Source: an uncultured Nitrososphaerota archaeon
GTDB lineage: Archaea; Thermoproteota; Nitrososphaeria; Nitrososphaerales; Gagatemarchaeaceae
Length of the DNA stretch: 64,000 nucleotides
Reading direction: 5' to 3'
Assembly: GCA_963838925.1 (NCBI GenBank)
Contig: CAWISW010000001.1
Span: 64,001-128,000 of the forward strand
The position numbers and the translations under genes are program-made. Shown here piece by piece: positions 1 through 7,822 of this stretch. Under the pieces are notes generated by a model. That model saw only the letters and a list, made by a program, of their open reading frames with translations, was not told the origin of the DNA and made no database searches. Position 1 is the stretch's first letter; each line of letters starts with the position of its first letter.

Positions 1-383
1 CTCCGCCCCGGGAACATGGCGGCAGCGACCCCGTACGACGGCGTGATCATCAGGCCGCTCCCGAACGCGGCCACAAGGAACGGGATGGAGAATGAGAGCA
101 GACCAGAGGAGACCGCCACCACCCCCATCGAGACCGAGAAGAGCAGGAAGCCTGCGAGGATGGTCTTGAGGTCCCCGAACCGCGACGCCAGGTACCCCGA
201 CCCTATCACGCCCAGGCCCACCATCCCGACGGAGGCCGAGACCACCCCGCCCGCTGTCGCGTCGCTCACGGCGTAGACGCTCTCGAGGCCTGGGACGAGG
301 ACGCCCAGCGAGAACCTGTAGAGGCCGTACAGGAACGCGGGGAGGACCAGCGCGACCAGTGTCGCCAGCCGCCGCGGGTTCAT
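1..383 (-). CDS. MFS transporter (5' part; runs off window edge)
   Basis: ATG at 383; MNPRRLATLVALVLPAFLYGLYRFSLGVLVPGLE...GYLASRFGDLK: hydrophobic helices with MFS motif-A-like G-x-L-x-x-R-F-G. Confidence 0.8.
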   Translation of the reverse strand, partial: MNPRRLATLVALVLPAFLYGLYRFSLGVLVPGLESVYAVSDATAGGVVSASVGMVGLGVIGSGYLASRFGDLKTILAGFLLFSVSMGVVAVSSGLLSFSIPFLVAAFGSGLMITPSYGVAAAMFPGR

Positions 384-475
384 GCTACCTCGTCCACCTG
401 GCCAGTTATTGTGCGTGCGCCCGAGGCGCCCCTCGGGAACCTATTTGTGCCGGTCGCGGAGCCCCGTGATGCAAG

Positions 476-560
476 GCCGGCGTATGGGTAACCTGGTAAC
501 CCAGCAGCCTGGAAAGCTGCCGTCCGAAAGGGCTTGCAAGTTCAAATCTTGCCGCCGGCG
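476..560 (+). tRNA. tRNA-Ser(GGA)
   Basis: Acceptor stem GCCGGCG/CGCCGGC, discriminator G, anticodon arm GCAGC-CTGGAAA-GCTGC, long variable arm GTCCGAAAGGGC, T arm GCAAG-TTCAAAT-CTTGC. Confidence 0.93.
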
Positions 561-610
561 CCTCAAACCTCTCACGGTTAATCAGGTCACGATGGGGGCT
601 CCCCTATCGG

Positions 611-1075
611 TCATAGGCTTCCCGAAATATGCTTGAAATCGCAAATCAAGAATTCCGCCTTTGTCATCCTAACCAATTTGATGATTTCACGGCTTCGGAG
701 CAACAGCTCGTCCTCCGTGACTAGAATCTCGCAAGTCAATACCGCGGATGCCAAAATCACACAGTCTATGAAGTCAGGATTATGTCGCCTGAGAGCAATC
801 GCAAGTGGAATGACCCCCTTCTCATACGGGCCAACTTTCCAAAGTGTCTCGTCTCTGACGATTGATTGAATTGCCTGCTCAAGACGTTGAGCATCGGCAG
901 AGCCATCGCCAACAAGCTTTGCTCCTTTGGCCGCAAGTTCGAAGAGAGACATCTCTGATATGAACAGATGGTGTCCGACTCCTGATGCCCTCTCAAGTGC
1001 ATCCCTCTCGATGCCTCGGACTTTGATTCCAGCAATGGGAAAAAGGTACGTGGTGTCCAGTAAGATCTTCGCCAT
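611..1075 (-). CDS. vapC: VapC PIN-domain toxin
   Basis: ILLDTTYL, SLFEL, DFIDCVILASA, LVTED PIN motifs. Confidence 0.9.
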   Translation of the reverse strand: MAKILLDTTYLFPIAGIKVRGIERDALERASGVGHHLFISEMSLFELAAKGAKLVGDGSADAQRLEQAIQSIVRDETLWKVGPYEKGVIPLAIALRRHNPDFIDCVILASAVLTCEILVTEDELLLRSREIIKLVRMTKAEFLICDFKHISGSL

Positions 1076-1091
1076 GGGGATTCAATCAGAC

Positions 1092-1340
1092 TCAAGTCTT
1101 GCCTTCAAGTCTCGCAGAAAGCTCTCTCCGGTGGTCGTGGACTTCTCTTAGTGAAATTTCCACCGTGGGCTCCATCTTTAGCAAGTCAGCAACGCTTGGA
1201 ATCGGCTCGACGACCAGTTTTCTCCCTTCCAGTGTATATTTGACCTTCATGCCGGGTTTCAAGCCAAGGGCACGGCGCATTTTCTTGGGTGGGTAAAGCT
1301 CTTCCTTTGAACCCACGGTGCTCTCCATCTCGGTAGCCAT
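1092..1340 (-). CDS. vapB: AbrB/MazE-family antitoxin
   Basis: VGSKEELYPPKKMRRALGLKPG swapped-hairpin signature, directly upstream of vapC. Confidence 0.88.
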   Translation of the reverse strand: MATEMESTVGSKEELYPPKKMRRALGLKPGMKVKYTLEGRKLVVEPIPSVADLLKMEPTVEISLREVHDHRRELSARLEGKT

Positions 1341-1420
1341 CCGGAATAACCAAGGTTGCCGGCTATTTAATTTTTACCCAGTAATTCTCCTTGCGCCGGA
1401 ATCGTAGTGTTTTCCTGAAA

Positions 1421-1480
1421 CAGCCTGGGAAAGCTGCCGTCCGAAAGGGCTTGCAAGTTCAAATCTTGCCGCCGGCGCCA
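1421..1480 (+). repeat. Duplicated 3' part of tRNA-Ser (att-like direct repeat)
   Basis: Matches 505-562 except one extra G in the anticodon loop (CTGGGAAA); ends in CCA; no 5' half. Confidence 0.92.
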
Positions 1481-1518
1481 CCAATCCCGCTCCAGCTCCC
1501 GACTCGGTGAGGGCCCGC

Positions 1519-2628
1519 CTACTTCTCCGGCTCCTGCTCTTTCTTTGGGCGCTGGGGGTTCCCCGTCAATCGCTCGATGATGCCGGAGACCTTTGACTCG
1601 CTCAAGGTCGCCGAGGACTTCTCTCCCAGGAGCCCCTGAGGCCTCAGCAGCAGTATGAGGATGAGGGCCGATCCGAACACCAGATACTCCAGCCAGTTCA
1701 CGTCGAACGGGATGAAGCTCTGAAGCGCGAACTTCTCCGCGTCGATGAACTTGGTGAGGAAGACGAAGACGAACGAGCCCAAGGCCACGCCGAAGTTGTT
1801 CGCCACCCCTCCCATTATCACTATCAGCCAGGGCCAGAAAGTCCACGACACCCTGTCGTATATGCCGGGGTTCGTGTCGCCGGAGTATATCGTGAAGAGG
1901 GCCCCGGCGATGCCCGTGATCACCGCCGCGATTATGAGCACGTTCCTCCTTATCGCGACGGTGTCCTTCCCCAGGGCCTCCGACGCCGCCTCGTTGTCCC
2001 TCATCGCCCTGAGCGTCCTGCCCAGAGGCGACCTCACGAGCCTCTCCGCGTACACATAGACTATCACGGCGAAGGCCGTGATGAGAAGCGTGGCAGCGAG
2101 CGTCGAGTAACCCCCGGCCCACGCGAAGAGGTCGGGTATCCCGATGCCGAACGTCCCGTTGATGACCGGGGTGTAGTTGTTCAGGAAGATCTGGAAGAAG
2201 GCCGCGGCCCCGAGGAGCAGCATCGCCAGGTAGTCCTCCCGGAGCCTCATCGCGGGGAAGATGGAGATGTACCCCAGGAACGCCCCGACCAGGCCACCGA
2301 CGAGGAGCGTGACCCCGATCAGCGCGACCGAGACGGGGACGTTGTGCTGGAGCATCGTCGTCATGTTGTTCGCGATGATGAAGTTGTCGATCCCGACCGG
2401 GTTCCCGCCCACCTTGAGGAGGAGCGCGGCCACCCTGATCGCGACCGACCCTGAGAAGGCGGCGCCCCCCGCGAAATAGAGCACCTTGCCGAAGTTGGGT
2501 ATCCCCGCGTAGCCCATCTCGAGGTTGAGGCTGATGCTGATGGCGAGGTAGATCGCGAAGAAGGCGAGCAGGTCGGTGAGGAAGGAGCCCCAGTTGGCTA
2601 TCCCGAGGATCGCTAGGGGCGGGAGCAT
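1519..2628 (-). CDS. livM: Branched-chain amino acid ABC transporter permease
   Basis: SLNLEMGYAGIPNFG, RLREDYLAM, SPLGRTLRAMRDNE. Confidence 0.92.
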   Translation of the reverse strand: MLPPLAILGIANWGSFLTDLLAFFAIYLAISISLNLEMGYAGIPNFGKVLYFAGGAAFSGSVAIRVAALLLKVGGNPVGIDNFIIANNMTTMLQHNVPVSVALIGVTLLVGGLVGAFLGYISIFPAMRLREDYLAMLLLGAAAFFQIFLNNYTPVINGTFGIGIPDLFAWAGGYSTLAATLLITAFAVIVYVYAERLVRSPLGRTLRAMRDNEAASEALGKDTVAIRRNVLIIAAVITGIAGALFTIYSGDTNPGIYDRVSWTFWPWLIVIMGGVANNFGVALGSFVFVFLTKFIDAEKFALQSFIPFDVNWLEYLVFGSALILILLLRPQGLLGEKSSATLSESKVSGIIERLTGNPQRPKKEQEPEK

Positions 2629-2632
2629 CTGC

Positions 2633-3565
2633 CTAGCCTCCTCTCCTCGAGAGGAAGCCCCTCCAGTCCAAAGAAGTTATCCCGCCGGGGAACACCAGGA
2701 GCGCGACCACCATTATGAGGAGAGGAATGCCGCTCTCGTACGCGATGACCCACGAACCCAGGTATGCGGCGCCGAACGTGGTGATGAGTATCTCCCCGGC
2801 GCCCACCAGCAGGCCGCCTACGACAGCTCCGTAGATGTTCTTGAGCCCCCCGAGGATGCTCCCCGCAAACATCGCGATGAGGAGCTGGGAGCCCACGTCA
2901 GGCTCCCCGGGCTGCCACAGCACGTAGAAATTCCCGGCGACGCCCGCCAAGCCTCCGGCCGCGAACCAGGAGATCAGGTATACCGCCTCCGTGTTGACGC
3001 CGATGGTCCTCGCGAGGTTGGGGTTCTCTACCGTCGCCCTCATCGCTATCCCGAAGGTCGTCCTCGTAAGGAGGAGGTAGAGGCCGACAGTTATGGCCGC
3101 TAGGGCAATCGGGGCGACGTAGACCACGCCGTCGACTCCAAGGAACGTGAAATCGGCCGAGGTGAGGGCGTAGAAGAGCTTCGCGTCTGGGATGCGGAAC
3201 GCCGAGCTGAGGTAGTCGGTGTAGATCCCGAAGATCCCGATGAACACGATGTCGACCGCGAGCGTGGCTATCATGAGCGAGATCACCGACGCCCCCCTCC
3301 TCGAGAGAGGCCTCAGCACCACGAGGTACATCACCAGCGCCACGGCTCCCCCCGCGATGAACGAAAGCGGGAGCGACGCGTACGGCCCCAAGTGGTAGAT
3401 CCTTAGCAGAGAGAAGCAAGTGTACGCGCCCACGGTCACGAACGCCCCCTGTGCGAAGTTGGGAACCTTGGTAGTGAGGTAGGTTAGCGTCAGCCCGAGG
3501 CTCATGAGCGCGAAGAGAGAACCGTAGATGACGGCGCTGATGACGTACGGCGGTAGAGCGAAGAT
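2633..3565 (-). CDS. livH: Branched-chain amino acid ABC transporter permease (probable ATC start at 3565; first ATG at 3505)
   Basis: VISAVIYGSLFALMSLGLTLTY..VPNFAQG, FGIAMRATVEN; conserved first helix extends upstream of the ATG. Confidence 0.9.
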   Translation of the reverse strand: MFALPPYVISAVIYGSLFALMSLGLTLTYLTTKVPNFAQGAFVTVGAYTCFSLLRIYHLGPYASLPLSFIAGGAVALVMYLVVLRPLSRRGASVISLMIATLAVDIVFIGIFGIYTDYLSSAFRIPDAKLFYALTSADFTFLGVDGVVYVAPIALAAITVGLYLLLTRTTFGIAMRATVENPNLARTIGVNTEAVYLISWFAAGGLAGVAGNFYVLWQPGEPDVGSQLLIAMFAGSILGGLKNIYGAVVGGLLVGAGEILITTFGAAYLGSWVIAYESGIPLLIMVVALLVFPGGITSLDWRGFLSRRGG

Positions 3566-3630
3566 CGCCTACACCTTTCAAACTCAAAGTCGTTGCAAGT
3601 CTTAAATAGTTTCCGAAGTATTGTGGCGCT

Positions 3631-4971
3631 ATGAGACTATTGAGAAGGAAGGGGGCCTCTAGCGCTATGGCGGCAGCTCTGCTCGTTGTAGGATTGCTCG
3701 TAGGCGCGGGGCTGACATACGCCTTGACCTCCTCCTCTAGCTCCTCGGCGACCTCGACGGTCACCAGCACTAGCACCGTCAGCGGGACCGCCGCGGCGAG
3801 CGGCCTCTCAGGCACGATAACCATCGGAGACCTGACCGACCTCTCCGGCGCGCTTTCCGCCATCGGCACGCAGCAGAAGACTGCGGTCGACCTGGCGATT
3901 ACCGATATCAACGCTTACATGGTAAAGGCGGGCATGAGCAACGTGAAGTTCGCAGCCCAAGACGATGACACGGGCCTCGTCCCGGCGACGGCGCTCTCCG
4001 ACCTCCAGAGCATGCACGCCAGCGGGATCCAGGCGGTAGTGGGTCCGCTGACCAGCGGAGAGGCGAGCACAATCCTCCAGTACGCCGACCAGAACCACAT
4101 GGTCCTGATCAGCGCGTCCTCCACCGCGATCAGCCTGGCAATCCCCAACGACTACCTCTTCAGGCTAGTCCCGAACGACGCGGCACAGAGCTTCGCGATA
4201 GCGAGGGAGCTGGTGAACGAGAACATCAAGGACATCGTCCTCGTCGACCAGAACACCGTCTACGGAATCGGCTTGGCCAACGCCACCGCGGTCAGGTTCC
4301 AGGCCCTGGGAGGCAACGTCCAGGACAACATCCAGTACGTCTCCACAGCCACTGACTTCACTCCGACGCTCACGACCGCCCAGAGTGACTACAACGCAGC
4401 CGTCGCCAAGTACGGCGCCAGCTCGGTAGCCGTAGTAGCGATTGGTTACCAGGAGGTCGGGCAGATGCTCGTGCAGGCAAAGAGCAGCTTCCCCACCCTT
4501 CTGAAGACGACGTGGTTCGGTTCCGACGGCGAGTCCCAGAACACCGACTTCACCAACTCGACCGGCGGGGTAGGCTCGATAGCGTCGCAGGTCAGGCTCA
4601 TCAGCACCATCGGTGAGTCTGCGGCCGCGACGGACAAGACGAACGCGTTCGTGACCGAGTTCACCGCGGCGTTCCACTCTGCCCCCGACTCGTACGCGAT
4701 AAGCGCCTACGACGCGACTTGGGTGGCGGCGCTCTCCATCCTGGCCGCGGGACAGAACAACGGGGCGGCGATCCAGGCAGTCCTGCCATCGGTCGCTTAC
4801 AACTACTTCGGCGCGTCCGGTTGGACTGAGCTGCAGCCCTCAGGAGACCTAGCCCCGGTGGGCTACTCCATCTATGAGGTGCAGGCCTCCAGCTCGGGAG
4901 ACAACTGGGTGCTCGCGGGAACGTACACGGCGGCTAGCGACACGATCGCCTGGCAGCCCGGAATGCCTTAG
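3631..4971 (+). CDS. livK: Branched-chain amino acid ABC transporter substrate-binding protein
   Basis: RKG/ASS class III-like signal, S/T linker, IGDLTDLSG, VVGPLTS, YLFRLVPND, AYDA. Confidence 0.9.
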   Translation: MRLLRRKGASSAMAAALLVVGLLVGAGLTYALTSSSSSSATSTVTSTSTVSGTAAASGLSGTITIGDLTDLSGALSAIGTQQKTAVDLAITDINAYMVKAGMSNVKFAAQDDDTGLVPATALSDLQSMHASGIQAVVGPLTSGEASTILQYADQNHMVLISASSTAISLAIPNDYLFRLVPNDAAQSFAIARELVNENIKDIVLVDQNTVYGIGLANATAVRFQALGGNVQDNIQYVSTATDFTPTLTTAQSDYNAAVAKYGASSVAVVAIGYQEVGQMLVQAKSSFPTLLKTTWFGSDGESQNTDFTNSTGGVGSIASQVRLISTIGESAAATDKTNAFVTEFTAAFHSAPDSYAISAYDATWVAALSILAAGQNNGAAIQAVLPSVAYNYFGASGWTELQPSGDLAPVGYSIYEVQASSSGDNWVLAGTYTAASDTIAWQPGMP

Positions 4972-4997
4972 TAGCCCCCGTCCCCCGTTCTTCTCCA

Positions 4998-5765
4998 TTG
5001 GCCTCCGAGGGAGAAGTCCTTAGGGTCAGCGATGTCCGCAAGTCTTTCGGGAGGCTCCAGGCCATCGACGGGGTTTCGTTCTCGCTCGCCCCCGAGAAGA
5101 TCACCATCCTGATCGGCCCGAACGGGTCGGGCAAGACCACGCTCGTCAACGTCATCTCGGGATACTACAAGCCGGACGAGGGCGACGTCTTCTACAGGGG
5201 GACGAAGATAACGGGATGGCCGCCTCACAGGATCTATCACGCCGGTATCGCCAGGACGTTCCAGATACCCTCGCTCTTCCTGAAGCTGAACGTCCTCGAG
5301 AACGTGCTCGCCGCGGAGAGGGTGAACCCGGGCGAGAGCTTCCTCAGGGCGCCCTTCAGGGGGATGTGGATGAAGCCGGAGGAGAACTCGACGGAGAAGG
5401 CGGCCAGGATCCTCGACCTGCTGGGGCTCTCAGGCTTGTGGAACAAGCAGGCGAGCACGCTGAGCGGAGGGCAGATGAAGCTCCTCGAGATGGGCAGGGC
5501 CCTCATGAGCGGCGCCAAGGTGCTCCTCCTGGACGAGCCCATCTCGGGGGTAAACCCGACGCTCGCCCACGAGATATTCGCCGCCCTGGTCAGGTCTCGC
5601 GAGGAGATGGGCGTCACCTTCCTCATCATCGAGCACCGACTGGACATTGCCCTCGGCTACGTCGACCACGCGATCGCGATGGCCTTCGGCAAGATCATCG
5701 CCTCAGGAACCTCCGAGGAAGTGATCAGCGACCCCGGGGTCATCGAGGCATACCTGGGTGGTTGA
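4998..5765 (+). CDS. livG: ABC transporter ATP-binding protein
   Basis: GPNGSGKT, GIARTFQ, LSGGQ, LLLDEP; TTG start. Confidence 0.93.
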   Translation: MASEGEVLRVSDVRKSFGRLQAIDGVSFSLAPEKITILIGPNGSGKTTLVNVISGYYKPDEGDVFYRGTKITGWPPHRIYHAGIARTFQIPSLFLKLNVLENVLAAERVNPGESFLRAPFRGMWMKPEENSTEKAARILDLLGLSGLWNKQASTLSGGQMKLLEMGRALMSGAKVLLLDEPISGVNPTLAHEIFAALVRSREEMGVTFLIIEHRLDIALGYVDHAIAMAFGKIIASGTSEEVISDPGVIEAYLGG

Positions 5766-5768
5766 GGA

Positions 5769-6482
5769 TTGCTCCGAGTCACGGACATCTCCTCAGGTTA
5801 CGGGAAGCTGCAGATACTCGACGGTGTGTCGTTGGAGGCCGAGCCCGGCAAGATCACGGTGATAGTCGGGCCGAACGGCTCGGGGAAGAGCACCCTCCTA
5901 AAGTCGATCTCGGGCATCGCCACGACGTTCCGGGGAACGGTGGAGCTGGACGGCAAGTCCCTCACCAACAAGTCGCCCACCGAGGTCGCCCGGGCGGGTG
6001 TGGCCTACCTCCCCCAGACAGAGAACGTCTTCACCAACCTATCGGTCGCCGAGAACCTCCGGCTCTCGGGCTACACGCTGAAGGCGGGCGACTACCCGGA
6101 GCGGCTCCGCAACTCCCTCGAGCTCTTCCCCCAGCTCTCCAAGTACCTCGGGACGAAGGCGTCGAACTTGAGCGGCGGGGAGAGGCAGATGGTCGCCATG
6201 GCCATGGCTCTCGTGAGGAGGCCCACCGTGATAATGTTCGACGAGCCCACGGCGAACCTCGCGCCGAAGATCGCCACCCAGGTGCTGGACACCGTCGCGA
6301 CGGTCACCAACGACATGAACCTGACGACCCTCCTGGTGGAGCAGAACGCGAGGCGGGCGCTGGAGATGGGCGACTACGCGTACCTGCTCGTCTCAGGAAA
6401 GACCGTTTTCTCGGGGACGTGCCGGGAGCTCCTCGACCACAAGGAGCTCGGGCGACTGTACCTGGGCCTCCAAGTCTCGTAG
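5769..6482 (+). CDS. livF: ABC transporter ATP-binding protein
   Basis: GPNGSGKS, LSGGERQM, DEPTANLAP, LLVEQN; TTG start. Confidence 0.93.
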   Translation: MLRVTDISSGYGKLQILDGVSLEAEPGKITVIVGPNGSGKSTLLKSISGIATTFRGTVELDGKSLTNKSPTEVARAGVAYLPQTENVFTNLSVAENLRLSGYTLKAGDYPERLRNSLELFPQLSKYLGTKASNLSGGERQMVAMAMALVRRPTVIMFDEPTANLAPKIATQVLDTVATVTNDMNLTTLLVEQNARRALEMGDYAYLLVSGKTVFSGTCRELLDHKELGRLYLGLQVS

Positions 6483-6545
6483 CCCCCGCGTGAGCGACTT
6501 TTCCCCCGAATACAGTTAAATGCCTCTCGGCGAAGATGCGGCGGT

Positions 6546-7778
6546 TTGCGGAACCTTTGCATCGTGGGCCTCCAGTGGGGAGACGAAGGCAAAGGGAAGA
6601 TTGTAGACTACTACGCTGACAGGTTCCACTCCGTGGTCCGCTACAACGGCGGTAGCAACGCGGGCCACACCATCGTGATAGGGAAGCGGACCTACGTCTT
6701 CCACCTCCTTCCCTCGGGCCTCCTGAAGGGGAAGCGGCTCCTCATCGGGCCGGGCGTTGCAGTCGACCCCCAGACGCTGAAGGAGGAGGTCGAGATGATC
6801 AAGCGCGAGGGGCACAAGGCGAACCTCGTGGTCGACGGGAGGTGCACCATCGTCACCCCGCTCGAGAAGGAGATGGACTCGCTCATCGAGAAGCTCAGGG
6901 GGGACCGCGCCATAGGGACGACGAAGCGGGGCATAGGCCCATCATACGCTATGCGCGCGCTCCGACTGACTCCCAGGGCGGGTGACCTCGAGAGGGGCAC
7001 GTTCGACCTGACCTCCGCGCTCGCTTTCTACCGCACGTTCATGAAGAAGATCCCCGCGATGGAGGGCTGGACCGCCTCGGCGAAGTCGTCGCTGAAGGGC
7101 CTCGTCGGAGACGTGGGCGAGGAGATTATGGAGACGAACGAGGCCGGCCACTCCGTCCTCTTCGAGGGCGCCCAGGGGGTGCTCCTCGACCTCATTCACG
7201 GGACCTACCCGTACGTCACGGGAACGCACACCCTCGCCAGCTACGTGCCCGCCAGCCTCGGGATACCGACGACGTCCCTAGGGGACGTCATGGGGGTGGC
7301 CAAGGCCTACGCCACGCGCGTGGGCGAAGGGCCCTTCCCCACGGAGATACACGGGAAGCTGGAGACGCTCATCAGGGAGACCGGGAGGGAGTACGGCGCC
7401 ACGACCGGGAGGCCGAGGAGGGTGGGGTGGCTCGACCTCGTCGCCCTCAAGTACGCCGTCAAGATGAACGGGGTGACGACGCTCGCTCTCACCAAGCTGG
7501 ACATCCTGACGAAGCTCAAGGAGTTCAAGGTCTGCACCCACTACAACGTGCGCGGCACCGAGACCGACGAGTTCTCCCGCGCCCTCCCGGAGCTCGACTC
7601 TGTGAAGCCGGTCTACCTCGACCTCCCTCCGCTCTACGGCGCCGAGCTCACGACGGCGCGGCTGCACAGGCCGATGGAGAAGTTCGTCGAGTACCTCGAG
7701 GACGAGATGAAGGTGAGCGTAAGCATCGTCTCGATGGGAGAGGAGAGGACCGCCACGCACCAGCGCGCGGCCAACTAG
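6546..7778 (+). CDS. purA: Adenylosuccinate synthetase
   Basis: QWGDEGKGK, GIGPSY, FEGAQG, GATTGRPRRVGWLD, LTKLD. Confidence 0.97.
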   Translation: MRNLCIVGLQWGDEGKGKIVDYYADRFHSVVRYNGGSNAGHTIVIGKRTYVFHLLPSGLLKGKRLLIGPGVAVDPQTLKEEVEMIKREGHKANLVVDGRCTIVTPLEKEMDSLIEKLRGDRAIGTTKRGIGPSYAMRALRLTPRAGDLERGTFDLTSALAFYRTFMKKIPAMEGWTASAKSSLKGLVGDVGEEIMETNEAGHSVLFEGAQGVLLDLIHGTYPYVTGTHTLASYVPASLGIPTTSLGDVMGVAKAYATRVGEGPFPTEIHGKLETLIRETGREYGATTGRPRRVGWLDLVALKYAVKMNGVTTLALTKLDILTKLKEFKVCTHYNVRGTETDEFSRALPELDSVKPVYLDLPPLYGAELTTARLHRPMEKFVEYLEDEMKVSVSIVSMGEERTATHQRAAN

Positions 7779-7822
7779 CGCCGAAGGAAACTCTCTTAAC
7801 GGCCGGCTCTTCAAATCTCGGC

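Larger units (their letters stand above)
505..1480. mobile_element. tRNA-Ser-anchored mini-island/integrated element remnant carrying only a vapBC pair
   Basis: Direct repeats 505-562 and 1421-1479 (tRNA 3' portion) bracket a visibly lower-GC TA pair; no integrase present. Confidence 0.75.

Noticed and set aside
1421-1483. Second functional tRNA-Ser or split tRNA half
   Set aside because: No 5' acceptor strand or D arm, an 8-nt anticodon loop, and an intact copy lies nearby; better explained as an att-type duplication.
7427-7822. Long N-terminal extension of the CoxL-like ORF
   Set aside because: Overlaps purA in another frame and is Arg/Pro-rich shadow sequence; family similarity begins after GTG 7823.
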